From an uncultured Pseudomonadales bacterium (GTDB lineage: Bacteria > Patescibacteriota > Microgenomatia > UBA1400 > PJMF01), in contig CAYUQY010000002.1 of NCBI GenBank assembly GCA_964447075.1, forward strand, positions 11,317 through 75,316: a stretch of 64,000 nt of DNA, read 5' to 3'. The first letter of the stretch is position 1; the number at the start of each line of letters is the position of its first letter. The translations under genes and the position numbers were made by a program. Positions 27,259 to 38,536 of this stretch are shown here, piece after piece. Under the pieces are notes generated by a model that made no database searches, was not told the DNA's origin, and worked only from the letters and a program-made list of their open reading frames with translations.

Positions 27259-28254
27259 ATGCGCATTTTTAGTGTTTTGACAGTTTTGGTTTTTACCCTC
27301 CTTCTCCTGACAGAATCAGCTCAGGCGGTAGTTGCAGTTGACCCAAGCCTTGTCACTCCTCCTTCAAGTTCTCAGCCAGTCTTCTCGCAACTTCCTCAAT
27401 CCGATCTGTACAGTGACTCAGTCGAGATGGCCTTGCCCACAGCCTCACTTTTATTGATAGCCAGTGACTCTGCTTCAGCTGCACCATCAGCACAGGTAGA
27501 GCCTCAAGGCTCCACTGAGACTCGCCAGGACATCACTACTATCACTCCCAATAAAAAAGAAAAAATGGCCGAGGTCTTGGATCAAAATCCCATAAGGCTA
27601 AGTTGGAGTAACATTCTCCAGTTCTACATTAGAGGCGCAGTAGATAGAGGTTTGCCAGCCAACATTATCGTTTTACTCTTACTTTTCCCTATCATCGCCT
27701 TAGTCATCGCTTTCTCCCGTCACATCATCGGTCTCTCAGGCTTTGGAGTCTACACCCCTGCAGTACTCTCGGTTGCCTTCGTCTCGACAGGCATCATCAC
27801 GGGCATCTTACTTTTCCTTGTTGTTCTGACTGCAGCTATTCTCACTCATTCGTTTGTAAAAAAACTTAAGCTTCAAGCTTTGCCACGCACAGCGCTGCTA
27901 TTTTGGGGAGTCTCTTGTGTCATTCTCTTTGTCTTAATTCTGTCAGCTTATTTAGGTATGAGCGCTGTCATCAATGTCAGTATTTTTCCCATTCTGATTG
28001 TTATTTTATTAACTGAAAACTTCATGGAGACTCAACTTTTTAGTAGTCAGAAGGCTACAATTCGACTAACTGCTGAAACCCTCCTCACTGCTACTCTCTG
28101 CTCGCTTCTCATCAGTATGGAGTCACTCCAAGTGGCAGTTATTCTTAACCCTGAGCTCACCCTTAGTTTGGTGGCTTTAGCAAACTTCGTCATCGGCAAG
28201 TACTCTGGTTTACGACTTATCGAAAGACTTCGGTTCAAATCTATCATAGAGTAG
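27259..28254 (+). CDS. Signal-peptide polytopic (about 7 TM) membrane protein, first gene of the ATP-grasp operon
   Basis: A signal peptide and a ~110-aa low-complexity ectodomain are followed by 6-7 TM helices. The next gene starts 18 nt downstream. Confidence 0.5.
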   Translation: MRIFSVLTVLVFTLLLLTESAQAVVAVDPSLVTPPSSSQPVFSQLPQSDLYSDSVEMALPTASLLLIASDSASAAPSAQVEPQGSTETRQDITTITPNKKEKMAEVLDQNPIRLSWSNILQFYIRGAVDRGLPANIIVLLLLFPIIALVIAFSRHIIGLSGFGVYTPAVLSVAFVSTGIITGILLFLVVLTAAILTHSFVKKLKLQALPRTALLFWGVSCVILFVLILSAYLGMSAVINVSIFPILIVILLTENFMETQLFSSQKATIRLTAETLLTATLCSLLISMESLQVAVILNPELTLSLVALANFVIGKYSGLRLIERLRFKSIIE

Positions 28255-28272
28255 TCACCTCTCCTCACCTAT

Positions 28273-29553
28273 ATGCCACGCTCCAGAGATATCCTCGGCA
28301 TGAATGCACGAAATCAACTGTACACTTCTCGTAATAGCTCAGAAGCTCGTCGCTACGGTACCTCCAAGTACGCCACCAAGCTTCTACTTCAAGAAAAAGG
28401 CATCCCAACTGCCATGGTTTACGGTATTTTTGATAGCTATGAGCAAATCACCCAGTTCAATTGGTCGCAGCTGGATGGAAACTTTGTGGTCAAGCCCTCC
28501 AACGGCAATGCAGGTAAAGGAATCTTAATTTTTCGCAAAAAACTAGATGACTCTCACTGGCGAGATACTACCGGTAAATCAACTCCTATCGACGAAATAC
28601 TCTTGCACTGTGCCGATATTTTTGCCGGCCAGTTTAGTACCTACCAAACTGAACAAAAAGTAATTATAGAAGAACGCGTACCTATTCATGGACGATTCTT
28701 TAAGTTCACTCAGCATGGCACTCCTGACATTCGTATCATTGTTTTTAATCATATTCCTGTTATGGCCATGTTACGTTTGCCAACCCAAGAATCGCAAGGT
28801 AAAGCCAATCTTCACCAAGGAGCTATTGGAGTAGGTATTGATCTTTTTTCGGGGGTGACCACACACGCTATCACTGGTGGGGGGGGAGATATTCATGTCT
28901 ATCCTGGTACAAAGAAAAAACTCAATGGTATCCAGATTCCCAACTGGACCAAGTTGCTCGAAATTGCTATCCAAGCTTCAGATGCAGCCGGACTATTTTT
29001 CAGTGGTGTGGATCTTTTTTCTCATGAGGAGAAAGGCCCCCTGGTGGTAGAGCTAAATGCCAATCCTGGCCTCTCGATCCAGCTAGCTAATCATGCAGGT
29101 TTACGCCGACGTTTAGAGAGAGTTGAAGACCTCAATGTCCTCAATCCAGCTCACGGAGCTAAGATCGGTCAATCTCTTTTTGCAGAAACTTTTTCTGATA
29201 AAATCAAGGCCGAGGAAGGACTCCAAATTGTCTCTCCTTACGAAAAACTTTTAGTCTACGACAGTCAGAAGAACAAACATGAAGTTGAAGCCTTGATAAA
29301 CACTGGCCGCTTTCGCAGTGCTATCGCTAGTAGTTTAGCCAAAGAACTAAATCTCATCGATGCAGACGACCTCCTCTGGCATCAGCAAGAAAAAGAAGAA
29401 GGAAGAGTGCCAGTAGTGGAAGTGACTTTTAGAGTGAAGGGACGCAAAATTACAGCCCCTATGGTAGTCTCCAAAACAATGAACAAGTCTAAGATACAAG
29501 TTGAGATAGGAAGATCTAATTTAGCTGGGTTTTTAGTTGGGGAGAACGCCTAG
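28273..29553 (+). CDS. RimK-like (alpha-L-glutamate-ligase-like) ATP-grasp enzyme fused to a C-terminal retropepsin-like ('Zn-protease'-type) domain
   Basis: The ATP-grasp core (GNFVVKPSNGNAGKGILIF, the EERVPIHGRFFK...DIRIIVF region, VVELNANPGLS) is followed by a ~100-aa tail resembling the retropepsin-like domain often paired with RimK homologues. Confidence 0.65.
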   Translation: MPRSRDILGMNARNQLYTSRNSSEARRYGTSKYATKLLLQEKGIPTAMVYGIFDSYEQITQFNWSQLDGNFVVKPSNGNAGKGILIFRKKLDDSHWRDTTGKSTPIDEILLHCADIFAGQFSTYQTEQKVIIEERVPIHGRFFKFTQHGTPDIRIIVFNHIPVMAMLRLPTQESQGKANLHQGAIGVGIDLFSGVTTHAITGGGGDIHVYPGTKKKLNGIQIPNWTKLLEIAIQASDAAGLFFSGVDLFSHEEKGPLVVELNANPGLSIQLANHAGLRRRLERVEDLNVLNPAHGAKIGQSLFAETFSDKIKAEEGLQIVSPYEKLLVYDSQKNKHEVEALINTGRFRSAIASSLAKELNLIDADDLLWHQQEKEEGRVPVVEVTFRVKGRKITAPMVVSKTMNKSKIQVEIGRSNLAGFLVGENA

Positions 29554-30504
29554 ATGCCAAGCAATCCATCTACCATAGACTTAACTCCCATCAACTTATT
29601 AAGTGAAAAGGACAAATGTCAGGATGATCCAAATTATAATCCACAGTTTAACTATGAGTCACCCATTGACCCAAAAGTTCTTACTTTCTGGGGTGAACCT
29701 AAACTAGAATTTATAAAAGCTGCTAAAAAGATTATTGAAAAATACTCAGCTTTAAATCATGATAAAACAAAACCAGATCCGGAGATTAACGAGGAGTATA
29801 TTCGATCTAAGGTTAACAACTTCCTTGACAAAAATGGCATCACGACTTTTTCAGTCAAGTTTAATTCAAGACAAGTAGCCAGATGCGGAGTCAGTAGTAA
29901 TACAATCTCTTTTAAAAAGAACTTGTCTTTGGATGCTTCTAATTTTGAAGGCTTATTTCGTCATGAAATTGAAACCCATGTCTTAAGACGATACAACCAC
30001 TTCACTAATTTTCCTGAACGCAAGATAAGCTCTAACTACCGTCACACAGAGGAAGGTCTGGCAGCTTACCACACATACTTAGGCCATCATCTATCTCCAC
30101 TACTTTATAGATCAGCCATAAGATACTTGGCCACTGATCTAAGTTTAAGAGAAAGTTTTGTAACAGTAAGAAAGTTTCTTGAAGAATCTGGCATACCTTC
30201 TCATAAGGCCATCCTTATTGCCATCAGGGCCAAAAGGGGGCTTACTGATTTAAGCAAGCCGGGCGCAAACACTAGGGACATTGTCTATCTCGAGGGAGCC
30301 GCCATGGTAGGACAGTGGTTGCAAGATCCACTCCACGACGTAAGACAGCTATACGTCGGCCGTCTCAACATTGATGAGGCTTCAGACATTCAATGGCAGA
30401 ATTTTCCCCAGACAATATTTCCTTCATTCATTGAAAGCCCTACATATCGTCAACGAGTTCAAGAGATCTATGAGTACAATATGCTGTCAGAAATAAATGT
30501 ATGA
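29554..30504 (+). CDS. DUF1704 / QEGLA-motif protein (tyrosine/phenylalanine-carboxypeptidase-like metallopeptidase fold)
   Basis: HExxH (FRHEIETHV) and a QEGLA-like TEEGLAAYHTY motif are present, over 316 aa. The start abuts the upstream stop. Confidence 0.55.
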   Translation: MPSNPSTIDLTPINLLSEKDKCQDDPNYNPQFNYESPIDPKVLTFWGEPKLEFIKAAKKIIEKYSALNHDKTKPDPEINEEYIRSKVNNFLDKNGITTFSVKFNSRQVARCGVSSNTISFKKNLSLDASNFEGLFRHEIETHVLRRYNHFTNFPERKISSNYRHTEEGLAAYHTYLGHHLSPLLYRSAIRYLATDLSLRESFVTVRKFLEESGIPSHKAILIAIRAKRGLTDLSKPGANTRDIVYLEGAAMVGQWLQDPLHDVRQLYVGRLNIDEASDIQWQNFPQTIFPSFIESPTYRQRVQEIYEYNMLSEINV

Positions 30505-31475
30505 AAAATAACCTTCAAATCAAACTAAATGCGAGCTCTAGAATCATGATGGCTGAAGCAGAAGCTAGAGGGATCAAATGTACGCCATTTCCAGATCAAG
30601 AGACTATATTGATGGAACAGGGCAATCGCTCATGGTATGTTCGGGGCAGTAGAACTTCACTACAGTCATCGGTTGGCAAGACTATTGCCGACTACAAGCC
30701 TCTGACAAAAATTATTTTGAACCATTTCAATATTCCAACAGCTAAAAGTGTCTTGATAGAAAGTGAAGATAACTTCGATCAGTTAAATAATTTAAAGTTT
30801 CCTGTTGTAGTTAAACCAACAAGTGAGAGGCACGGCGTCGGAGTTTTAGTTGGACTTAAGGATGCACTAGAGGTTGCCAATCTCTTCAATAAGTCAAAGA
30901 AGCCAATGCTTGTAGAAGAGATGCTTCAAGGTAAGGAGTATCGGGTAGTCTGTATCGACTACAAGCTTGTGGCCGTAGCTTTTAGAAAATCGGCTCACGT
31001 GATCGGTGATGGAAGACACACCATTTCTGAATTAGTAATAGAAAAAAACAAGCATCCATGGCGTGGATCTGGACATACTAATAACTTAAGCTTGATTACT
31101 GTCGATGACTCAGTCACATCATTGCTAAGCGAGAGTGGCTACAGTGTTGATTCAATTCCAGAAGAAAATACCGAACTACAGCTAAGAAAAACAGCCAATC
31201 TTTCTACTGGCGGAGAAGCCTGGGATGTGAGCTCTGAAGTCTGCCCCGAAAATAAGGAACTATTTGAAAAGATAGCGAAAGTCTGCGACCTAAACACAGT
31301 AGGTATCGATGTTATGTGTAGAAGCTTAGGTAGCCCTATAATCACCCAGCCGGATGCAGGAGTTATCGAGATCAATGCCTCACCAGGACTCAGAATGCAT
31401 CATTTTCCCATCAAGGGACAAGCAGTCAATGTAGCTGCTAAGATTCTGGACATGGTACAAGAAAAACTCAAATAA
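30501..31475 (+). CDS. Stand-alone ATP-grasp ligase, cyanophycin-synthetase N-domain-like (paralog 1)
   Basis: PVVVKPTSERHGVGV, KEYRVVCIDYKLVAV...HVIGDGRHTISELV (the CphA-like VIGDGxxTI motif) and EINASPGL are present. There is no Mur-ligase-like domain. The gene overlaps the previous one by 4 nt. Confidence 0.65.
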   Translation: MKNNLQIKLNASSRIMMAEAEARGIKCTPFPDQETILMEQGNRSWYVRGSRTSLQSSVGKTIADYKPLTKIILNHFNIPTAKSVLIESEDNFDQLNNLKFPVVVKPTSERHGVGVLVGLKDALEVANLFNKSKKPMLVEEMLQGKEYRVVCIDYKLVAVAFRKSAHVIGDGRHTISELVIEKNKHPWRGSGHTNNLSLITVDDSVTSLLSESGYSVDSIPEENTELQLRKTANLSTGGEAWDVSSEVCPENKELFEKIAKVCDLNTVGIDVMCRSLGSPIITQPDAGVIEINASPGLRMHHFPIKGQAVNVAAKILDMVQEKLK

Positions 31476-31497
31476 AATATTTTAAATTGTAAATATC

Positions 31498-32265
31498 ATG
31501 CCATCTACATTATCACTAGTTAGCTACCAAATTCTTCGACCTGAAAAAATTCGATGGCACTTTCATCTCATAGAAAATAACATCCTGGCTTCATTAAAAA
31601 GCAAAAGTCTGAAAAAGTTTTTAGCTAAATATGACAGTATTATCAAAGATAACAATCTTTCAGTTGAGCACAAAATATTAGATACAGAATCTTTTGAAAA
31701 GTGGCTTGAATACTATCGACGAAAAATGTTGGAAAACAACTACGACATAATAGCTTCTACAGATTGGTATGATGACAGGACAAAAAAAGGGTTATCAATC
31801 GAAGGGCTTTTCTTTTATCAAAACAGCAAGCTAGTAGGCTCAGGAATAATAACCAGAAACTCAAACGAGCAAGCCACCTTCGCATTTAAAGCAAGTGAGC
31901 GCATAGATCTAGGCAATGATGAAAATTCATCAATCGGCGCCATGATAGATTACCTATTCCTGAAATTTGCTGTCGATTCTAAAACTAAAATTATATCGGC
32001 AGGACAATCTCGAAATGCTTTTGGAGTGATCAATACTTATGGCTACCTAGATTACAAATTCAAGCTAGGCTACTTGCCTCTTCTGCCTGAGAAACCCACA
32101 TTTGCAGACTCCATCCCGCTCTCTGAAAATGGAGTAGGAGTGTTCTTTGGTCAATATGAGTCTATGCTGACTCTATATATTTTCAAGCCAAAAGGTGTCA
32201 CGTTTAAGTTAGAAGCAGCTAGGTATAGTTCTTCAGAGTTGCCAGTAGTGGAGATAGAGTACTAA
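31498..32265 (+). CDS. Hypothetical protein within the ATP-grasp operon
   Basis: The 255-aa product has no motif I recognise and is tightly spaced between the two CphA-like ligase genes. Confidence 0.4.
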   Translation: MPSTLSLVSYQILRPEKIRWHFHLIENNILASLKSKSLKKFLAKYDSIIKDNNLSVEHKILDTESFEKWLEYYRRKMLENNYDIIASTDWYDDRTKKGLSIEGLFFYQNSKLVGSGIITRNSNEQATFAFKASERIDLGNDENSSIGAMIDYLFLKFAVDSKTKIISAGQSRNAFGVINTYGYLDYKFKLGYLPLLPEKPTFADSIPLSENGVGVFFGQYESMLTLYIFKPKGVTFKLEAARYSSSELPVVEIEY

Positions 32266-32296
32266 TCTACGTCATGAATTCAAAGGCTATCAAATA

Positions 32297-33373
32297 ATGT
32301 TTAGTTCCACACCAAGTCTTACCGATTATCAGCACAAACTATTTTGTCCAGACGGTATTCGAAAAGAAAATATACCCCTCAGCACTCAATTAATAATACA
32401 AGAGGCCGAGAGCATGGGAATTACATGGAGCTCCATACCTGGCACTCGAATCATAGAATTAACTCATGGTAAGACTAAGAAGTATTTTTATTTTCAGATA
32501 CCCTCAGGCACTACCCAACTAGCTTTTTATGCCTGCCTAGACAAAGGTGTGGCTAGAGCTTTGCTAAAAAAAGCAGCAGTCAGCACTCCAAATGGGTTCA
32601 AAATAGAGCGTGGTGATAGTCAAAATTACAGAGACTTAATTTTTAACTCACTTAAGAAACCACTAGTTGTCAAACCATCCAACGGCAAGCAAGGGTGGTC
32701 GGTCATGATGAGCATAAATTCTAAATCTGAGTTTGATGCAGCAGTAGATAAAGCCATATCCTATAGCTTGGATGAGACAAATGGCGCCATAGTAGAAGAA
32801 ACATTTCAAGGCAAAGAGTATAGGGTAATTCTTACTGATGAAAAAGTTCTAGCAGTGATGCACAGAATGCCAGCGAATATAGTAGGTGATAGCAGGCACT
32901 CTGTCCAAGAGCTTATTGATATTAAGAATAGTGATCCTAGAAGAAATAAAGAACCCAACCTTTTAGCAAGAATTGAAGTAGATAGTGACGTAGCCTCATA
33001 TATAAACGAACAAGGATTCGAATTTGTTGACATTCTCCCAAAGGATAAGGTCCTGTATCTAAAACGTGTGTCTAATATCTCGCAAGGCGGAGACAACATT
33101 GACTTCACTGACAAGGTCCACCCATCTGTAAAAAAAATTGCACTTCGAGCTATTCGATCTATTCCTGGACTAAAATTTGCTGGCGTAGACATACTATCTT
33201 CAGACATAACTAGACTTCAAAATGAAAGCTCGTATGTTGTTCTAGAAATTAATAGCTCCCCAGCTATCGATATTCACGAACTGCCATTTGAGGGAAAGAA
33301 AAGAAAAATAACTAGAGAGTTTTTGCTGACTATGTTTCCTAAGCTTAAAAAATCCTTCCCAGAAACAACTTAA
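32297..33373 (+). CDS. Stand-alone ATP-grasp ligase, cyanophycin-synthetase N-domain-like (paralog 2)
   Basis: PLVVKPSNGKQGWSV, KEYRVILTDEKVLAV...NIVGDSRHSVQELI and EINSSPAI are present, and the protein is collinear with paralog 1. Confidence 0.65.
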   Translation: MFSSTPSLTDYQHKLFCPDGIRKENIPLSTQLIIQEAESMGITWSSIPGTRIIELTHGKTKKYFYFQIPSGTTQLAFYACLDKGVARALLKKAAVSTPNGFKIERGDSQNYRDLIFNSLKKPLVVKPSNGKQGWSVMMSINSKSEFDAAVDKAISYSLDETNGAIVEETFQGKEYRVILTDEKVLAVMHRMPANIVGDSRHSVQELIDIKNSDPRRNKEPNLLARIEVDSDVASYINEQGFEFVDILPKDKVLYLKRVSNISQGGDNIDFTDKVHPSVKKIALRAIRSIPGLKFAGVDILSSDITRLQNESSYVVLEINSSPAIDIHELPFEGKKRKITREFLLTMFPKLKKSFPETT

Positions 33374-33420
33374 TAGCAAAAACTTAAGTGAAGGTGGACT
33401 GAGTAGTCTACAATATCCCC

Positions 33421-34620
33421 ATGCCCAAGCGCGTCGCCCTCGGTCTCTCCGGCGGTGTTGATTCATCCCTCTCTGCAGCCCTTCTTATCGAACAGGGCTA
33501 TGAGGTGACGGCCGTTTTTCTGGAGTGCTGGCGTGCACCGGGCTGTCGCACGGATCAAGATCGCAAGGACGCACTTCAAGTGGCTTTGCAGCTTGGTATC
33601 CCATTCAAAGTTCTAGATTTTAAACATGCCTACAAAGACAAGGTGGTAGAAAGTTTTTTCGCTGAGTATGAAGCAGGTCGCACACCCAATCCAGATGTGG
33701 CCTGCAACAAAGAAATCAAGTTCGGTCTTTTCTATGACTGGGCAATGGCTGAAAGTTATGACTATGTAGCCACAGGACACTACGCCCAGATCTTAGATAC
33801 TCGGACCAGGACTACACCCTCCGATTCAGCCACCAACCACTCCGATAACAAGCCTGCGCCTACTCTTGATCACTCAAAATTAATTACTTCCAGTTTATTT
33901 TTAGTTACTCCCACCGACGCTCACAAGGATCAGACCTACTTTCTATATCGCTTAAGACCTGACCAGCTGCCGCACATTCTTTTCCCCATAGGTCATCTGC
34001 TCAAAACTCAAGTTAGAGCTGAGGCAAAAAAACGCCAGCTCAAAACTGCAGACAAAAAAGACTCTGTAGGTATCTGCTTTATCGGTGACATCAATGTCCA
34101 TTCTTTTCTCAAAGAGAGACTAGGTGAAAACCCAGGCGATGTGATTAATCCATCTGGGCAAACTATTGGCCAACATCAAGGGTTGTGGTTCTACACCGTG
34201 GGTCAGCGCCATGGCTTCAATATTTTTCCCAAAATATCTGTGATCCAACCAGACGGCTCAACTGTAGATAAGCACAATATACCTCCTTGCTATGTGATTG
34301 GGAAAAATCCTGAGAAAAATCAACTGGTCGTAGGCTTTGGCTCTCAGGCATTAACGAATGGTTTTTCAGTAACTGACCTACACTGGATAATGCCTGAAGC
34401 AGAGTCACTTCTAACTTCTGACAGGCTAACGGTGCGCATTCGCCACACCGGATCCCTACATACCTGTCGCCTCAACTTGAGAGATAGCACAGCGCAGCTC
34501 ACTCTCAACTCACCAATTCAAGGCGTTGCAAGCGGTCAATCTGCTGTCTTTTACCTTCAAAACAGCATGTCTCAGCGCATCTGCCTAGGTGGAGGCATTA
34601 TCGACGTGGCAGTGATATAA
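33421..34620 (+). CDS. mnmA: tRNA-specific 2-thiouridylase MnmA, with a low-complexity insertion
   Basis: The PP-loop SGGVDSS, TPNPDVACNKEIKFG and DSVGICFIG are present. A ~40-aa T/S/P-rich insert (TRTRTTPSDSATNHSDNKPAPT...) interrupts the central domain. Confidence 0.85.
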   Translation: MPKRVALGLSGGVDSSLSAALLIEQGYEVTAVFLECWRAPGCRTDQDRKDALQVALQLGIPFKVLDFKHAYKDKVVESFFAEYEAGRTPNPDVACNKEIKFGLFYDWAMAESYDYVATGHYAQILDTRTRTTPSDSATNHSDNKPAPTLDHSKLITSSLFLVTPTDAHKDQTYFLYRLRPDQLPHILFPIGHLLKTQVRAEAKKRQLKTADKKDSVGICFIGDINVHSFLKERLGENPGDVINPSGQTIGQHQGLWFYTVGQRHGFNIFPKISVIQPDGSTVDKHNIPPCYVIGKNPEKNQLVVGFGSQALTNGFSVTDLHWIMPEAESLLTSDRLTVRIRHTGSLHTCRLNLRDSTAQLTLNSPIQGVASGQSAVFYLQNSMSQRICLGGGIIDVAVI

Positions 34621-34627
34621 TTAGGAT

Positions 34628-35953
34628 ATGCTTATGTTGAAGGCGACATTTTTTCTTCGCTCCTTGATACCACTCTTTGTGTTCGTGGTTTTTCTCGCGT
34701 CTGGTTCTTTTCATCAGCTAAGCGCTGCTGCTCTCACCTATGGCTCAGGCACATACACCAACCTCTGTGGCACGGGCCTTGCCGCCACTGCAGACACCTG
34801 TACAGCGGGGTGTAACACCTCAGTAGGTAGTTGCTACTCCACCAACCACTTCGTCACCAAGTTTACTTGCTCAGGCAGGGTCACAGAGTGTCGTAGCAAT
34901 GAGCAACCTTTCTCTACAAGCTACACTCTAGCCAACACAGCCTGTGGTAAGACTGTCCAGATCGATGTTTTTAACAAAAACTGCCGAGCTAATGGTGACT
35001 GGAGCTGCAATCAAAACTCTGACCTCAAAGATTACATCGTCTGGTACTCAGGTGACTGCAGTACACCAACTCCGACGCCCACCCCAACACCAAGTCCCAG
35101 CGCTTCTCCTAGTCCATCACCAATCATAGTCTGTGACCCACCTTGGGCGAATAATCCCAACTACTGCCAAAACCGCTGCGGAGTTACGACCTCTTGTAAT
35201 CAAACCAAAAACTGTGGCAGTTGTACAACCCCAACCCCAACTCCGTCACCCACACCCAGCTACTACTCTAGTTGTGACTCATTGAAGATTCTCTCTGGAG
35301 ACAACTCGCTCGTACCTGCCTCCATCACTTTCAGAACCACAGGTGCTGACAATCATGGTGCTATTCAAAATTACCGCTACTCATTCGGCGATGGCACCTC
35401 ACAAACTTCTATAACTCAAGAAGTAACTCATCAATACACAACTTCTGGCACCTTTAGTGTCAGATCAGAGATACAAGATAGTTTTGGCAACTGGAAAAGT
35501 AGTAGTAACTGCTCTAACTCGGTTATAGTCAAGCCCTCCAACATAGAGTCTCACAAGTCTGGCTGCTCAGATCTTTACTTCACCCTCTCTAACAGCGGCC
35601 GCGCTCCAAGCTCAGCACAGCTGGAAGTAAGTGCCTACGACAATAAAGGCAGTATCCAAGCCTACAAAATCGAGTTAGGCAATGGAGAGGTAAAAGAAAA
35701 TAGTAGTCGATTCTTTGACTACACCTACAACACCGCTGGCACATACACCGTCAAAGCTTTTATGAAAGATAGTCAGGGCAACTGGAAAGGCGGCAGTGAT
35801 AACTGTCAAAAATCGCTTCAGGTTCTATCAACCCAAGTCATGAAGAAACAGCCTAAAACTGGCACTCCTGCCATACTTTCGATCTCTGCTATTATCAGTG
35901 TTCTGGCAGGCGTAGGACTCCAGTACGCCAAGAAAAAGTTGGCTCACAAGTAA
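34628..35953 (+). CDS. Secreted cell-surface protein with PT-linkers, PKD-like repeats and a C-terminal sorting-signal-like tail
   Basis: A signal peptide and a Cys-rich N-terminal domain are followed by (TP)n linkers and two PKD-like repeats (FGDG...H.Y...G.Y.V). The C-terminus reads KKQPKTG-TPAILSISAIISVLAGVGL-QYAKKKLAHK, that is a motif, a hydrophobic span and a basic tail. Confidence 0.6.
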   Translation: MLMLKATFFLRSLIPLFVFVVFLASGSFHQLSAAALTYGSGTYTNLCGTGLAATADTCTAGCNTSVGSCYSTNHFVTKFTCSGRVTECRSNEQPFSTSYTLANTACGKTVQIDVFNKNCRANGDWSCNQNSDLKDYIVWYSGDCSTPTPTPTPTPSPSASPSPSPIIVCDPPWANNPNYCQNRCGVTTSCNQTKNCGSCTTPTPTPSPTPSYYSSCDSLKILSGDNSLVPASITFRTTGADNHGAIQNYRYSFGDGTSQTSITQEVTHQYTTSGTFSVRSEIQDSFGNWKSSSNCSNSVIVKPSNIESHKSGCSDLYFTLSNSGRAPSSAQLEVSAYDNKGSIQAYKIELGNGEVKENSSRFFDYTYNTAGTYTVKAFMKDSQGNWKGGSDNCQKSLQVLSTQVMKKQPKTGTPAILSISAIISVLAGVGLQYAKKKLAHK

Positions 35954-35988
35954 CTCATCATTTAACACCAGGTCTTTAAACTAGATCA

Positions 35989-36774
35989 GTGAATTTAGTC
36001 CACTTTCCTATACAATTGACTCAGCTGCAAGACTTACCCCTCCAGACACCACAAGACTTACCCCCTCAGACACCAGTTGAAACTCCTCCTAAATATACTG
36101 TTCAACTCTGGTCTAAGCTCTACTATTACTTGAAAAGAGTTGTTAGTAATCCTATCTTTTTATCCTTAGTCTCAGTGGTCTTGATAATCTACGGCATAAC
36201 AGCGCTGGCTCTAACCTACGGCCCCATCATCCAAGTAGAAGCAATCTATCAGTATAAAACTTTCTTATTTCAGACTTTTCACGTAACTTCATTGAGAGAG
36301 CTGATTCTGCCTACACTTAAGTTCGATTATCAGGGCCAGAGCTCACACAGGGATTTTGGCTTGGTGATTCCAGCTATTTACCTCAATGAACCCATCATTG
36401 CTGATGTCGATCCTAATGACGAAGCGATGTACACTCAGGCACTAAAAAAAGGTATTGCCCATGCTGCAGGCACTGCCAATCCAGGCGATGTTGGGATAGG
36501 CTACTACTTTGCTCACTCATCCTCACCAGCGCTCAAGTCCCAATATAATGCAGTTTTTTACACCTTAGGCAAGCTAAAAAAGGCTGACCAAATCTTCGTC
36601 TGGAAGGATCAAAAGAAATTTACTTACTCCGTGACCGAGATCAAAGAAACTTCGCCCGATGACGTCAGTTTTCTAGAGGGAACTCCAGGCGCCCAGTCGA
36701 TAGTTCTGCAGACCTGCTGGCCGGCTGGATCGACCGCCAAAAGGTTGCTAGTTTTTGCTCAACTTGAGGATTGA
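35989..36774 (+). CDS. Sortase-family transpeptidase
   Basis: An N-terminal TM anchor, a catalytic His region and the active-site IVLQTC (TLxTC-type) near the C-terminus are present. The start is GTG or TTG. The gene lies immediately downstream of the candidate substrate. Confidence 0.7.
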   Translation: MNLVHFPIQLTQLQDLPLQTPQDLPPQTPVETPPKYTVQLWSKLYYYLKRVVSNPIFLSLVSVVLIIYGITALALTYGPIIQVEAIYQYKTFLFQTFHVTSLRELILPTLKFDYQGQSSHRDFGLVIPAIYLNEPIIADVDPNDEAMYTQALKKGIAHAAGTANPGDVGIGYYFAHSSSPALKSQYNAVFYTLGKLKKADQIFVWKDQKKFTYSVTEIKETSPDDVSFLEGTPGAQSIVLQTCWPAGSTAKRLLVFAQLED

Positions 36775-37063
36775 CTTTTACCCCCCTTCATAAGACAATC
36801 CTAATTCCTCAAAAATAAGTCTGGAGGCATAAGCCACCAGGGACTGTTTTTCAATAATTGGATCGAGTTCTTTCACAAGTTAAGAGATTACTTGTGTTTT
36901 TCTGTTTGCAAAACACAATAATCACCATCTGAAACAAACATGGTGGTACATACTGCTTTAAAGAGCGATAGTGTGTACCTCCATTCATTTGAAGATACAC
37001 ATATATCCGCTCAATTCTTTTCTCTATTTTTTTATTAATATACAGAAATCGAATTCTTTTTTT

Positions 37064-38536
<1,473 letters not shown>

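Noticed and set aside
35040-35260. Tandem ACNCCN repeats (TPTPTPTPSPS) and similar repeats at 40080-40200, 40730-40800 and 42930-43080, checked as possible CRISPR or VNTR
   Set aside because: They are in-frame Pro/Thr/Ser linker-coding repeats inside secreted-protein genes. Units are short and irregular, and there are no spacers of conserved length.
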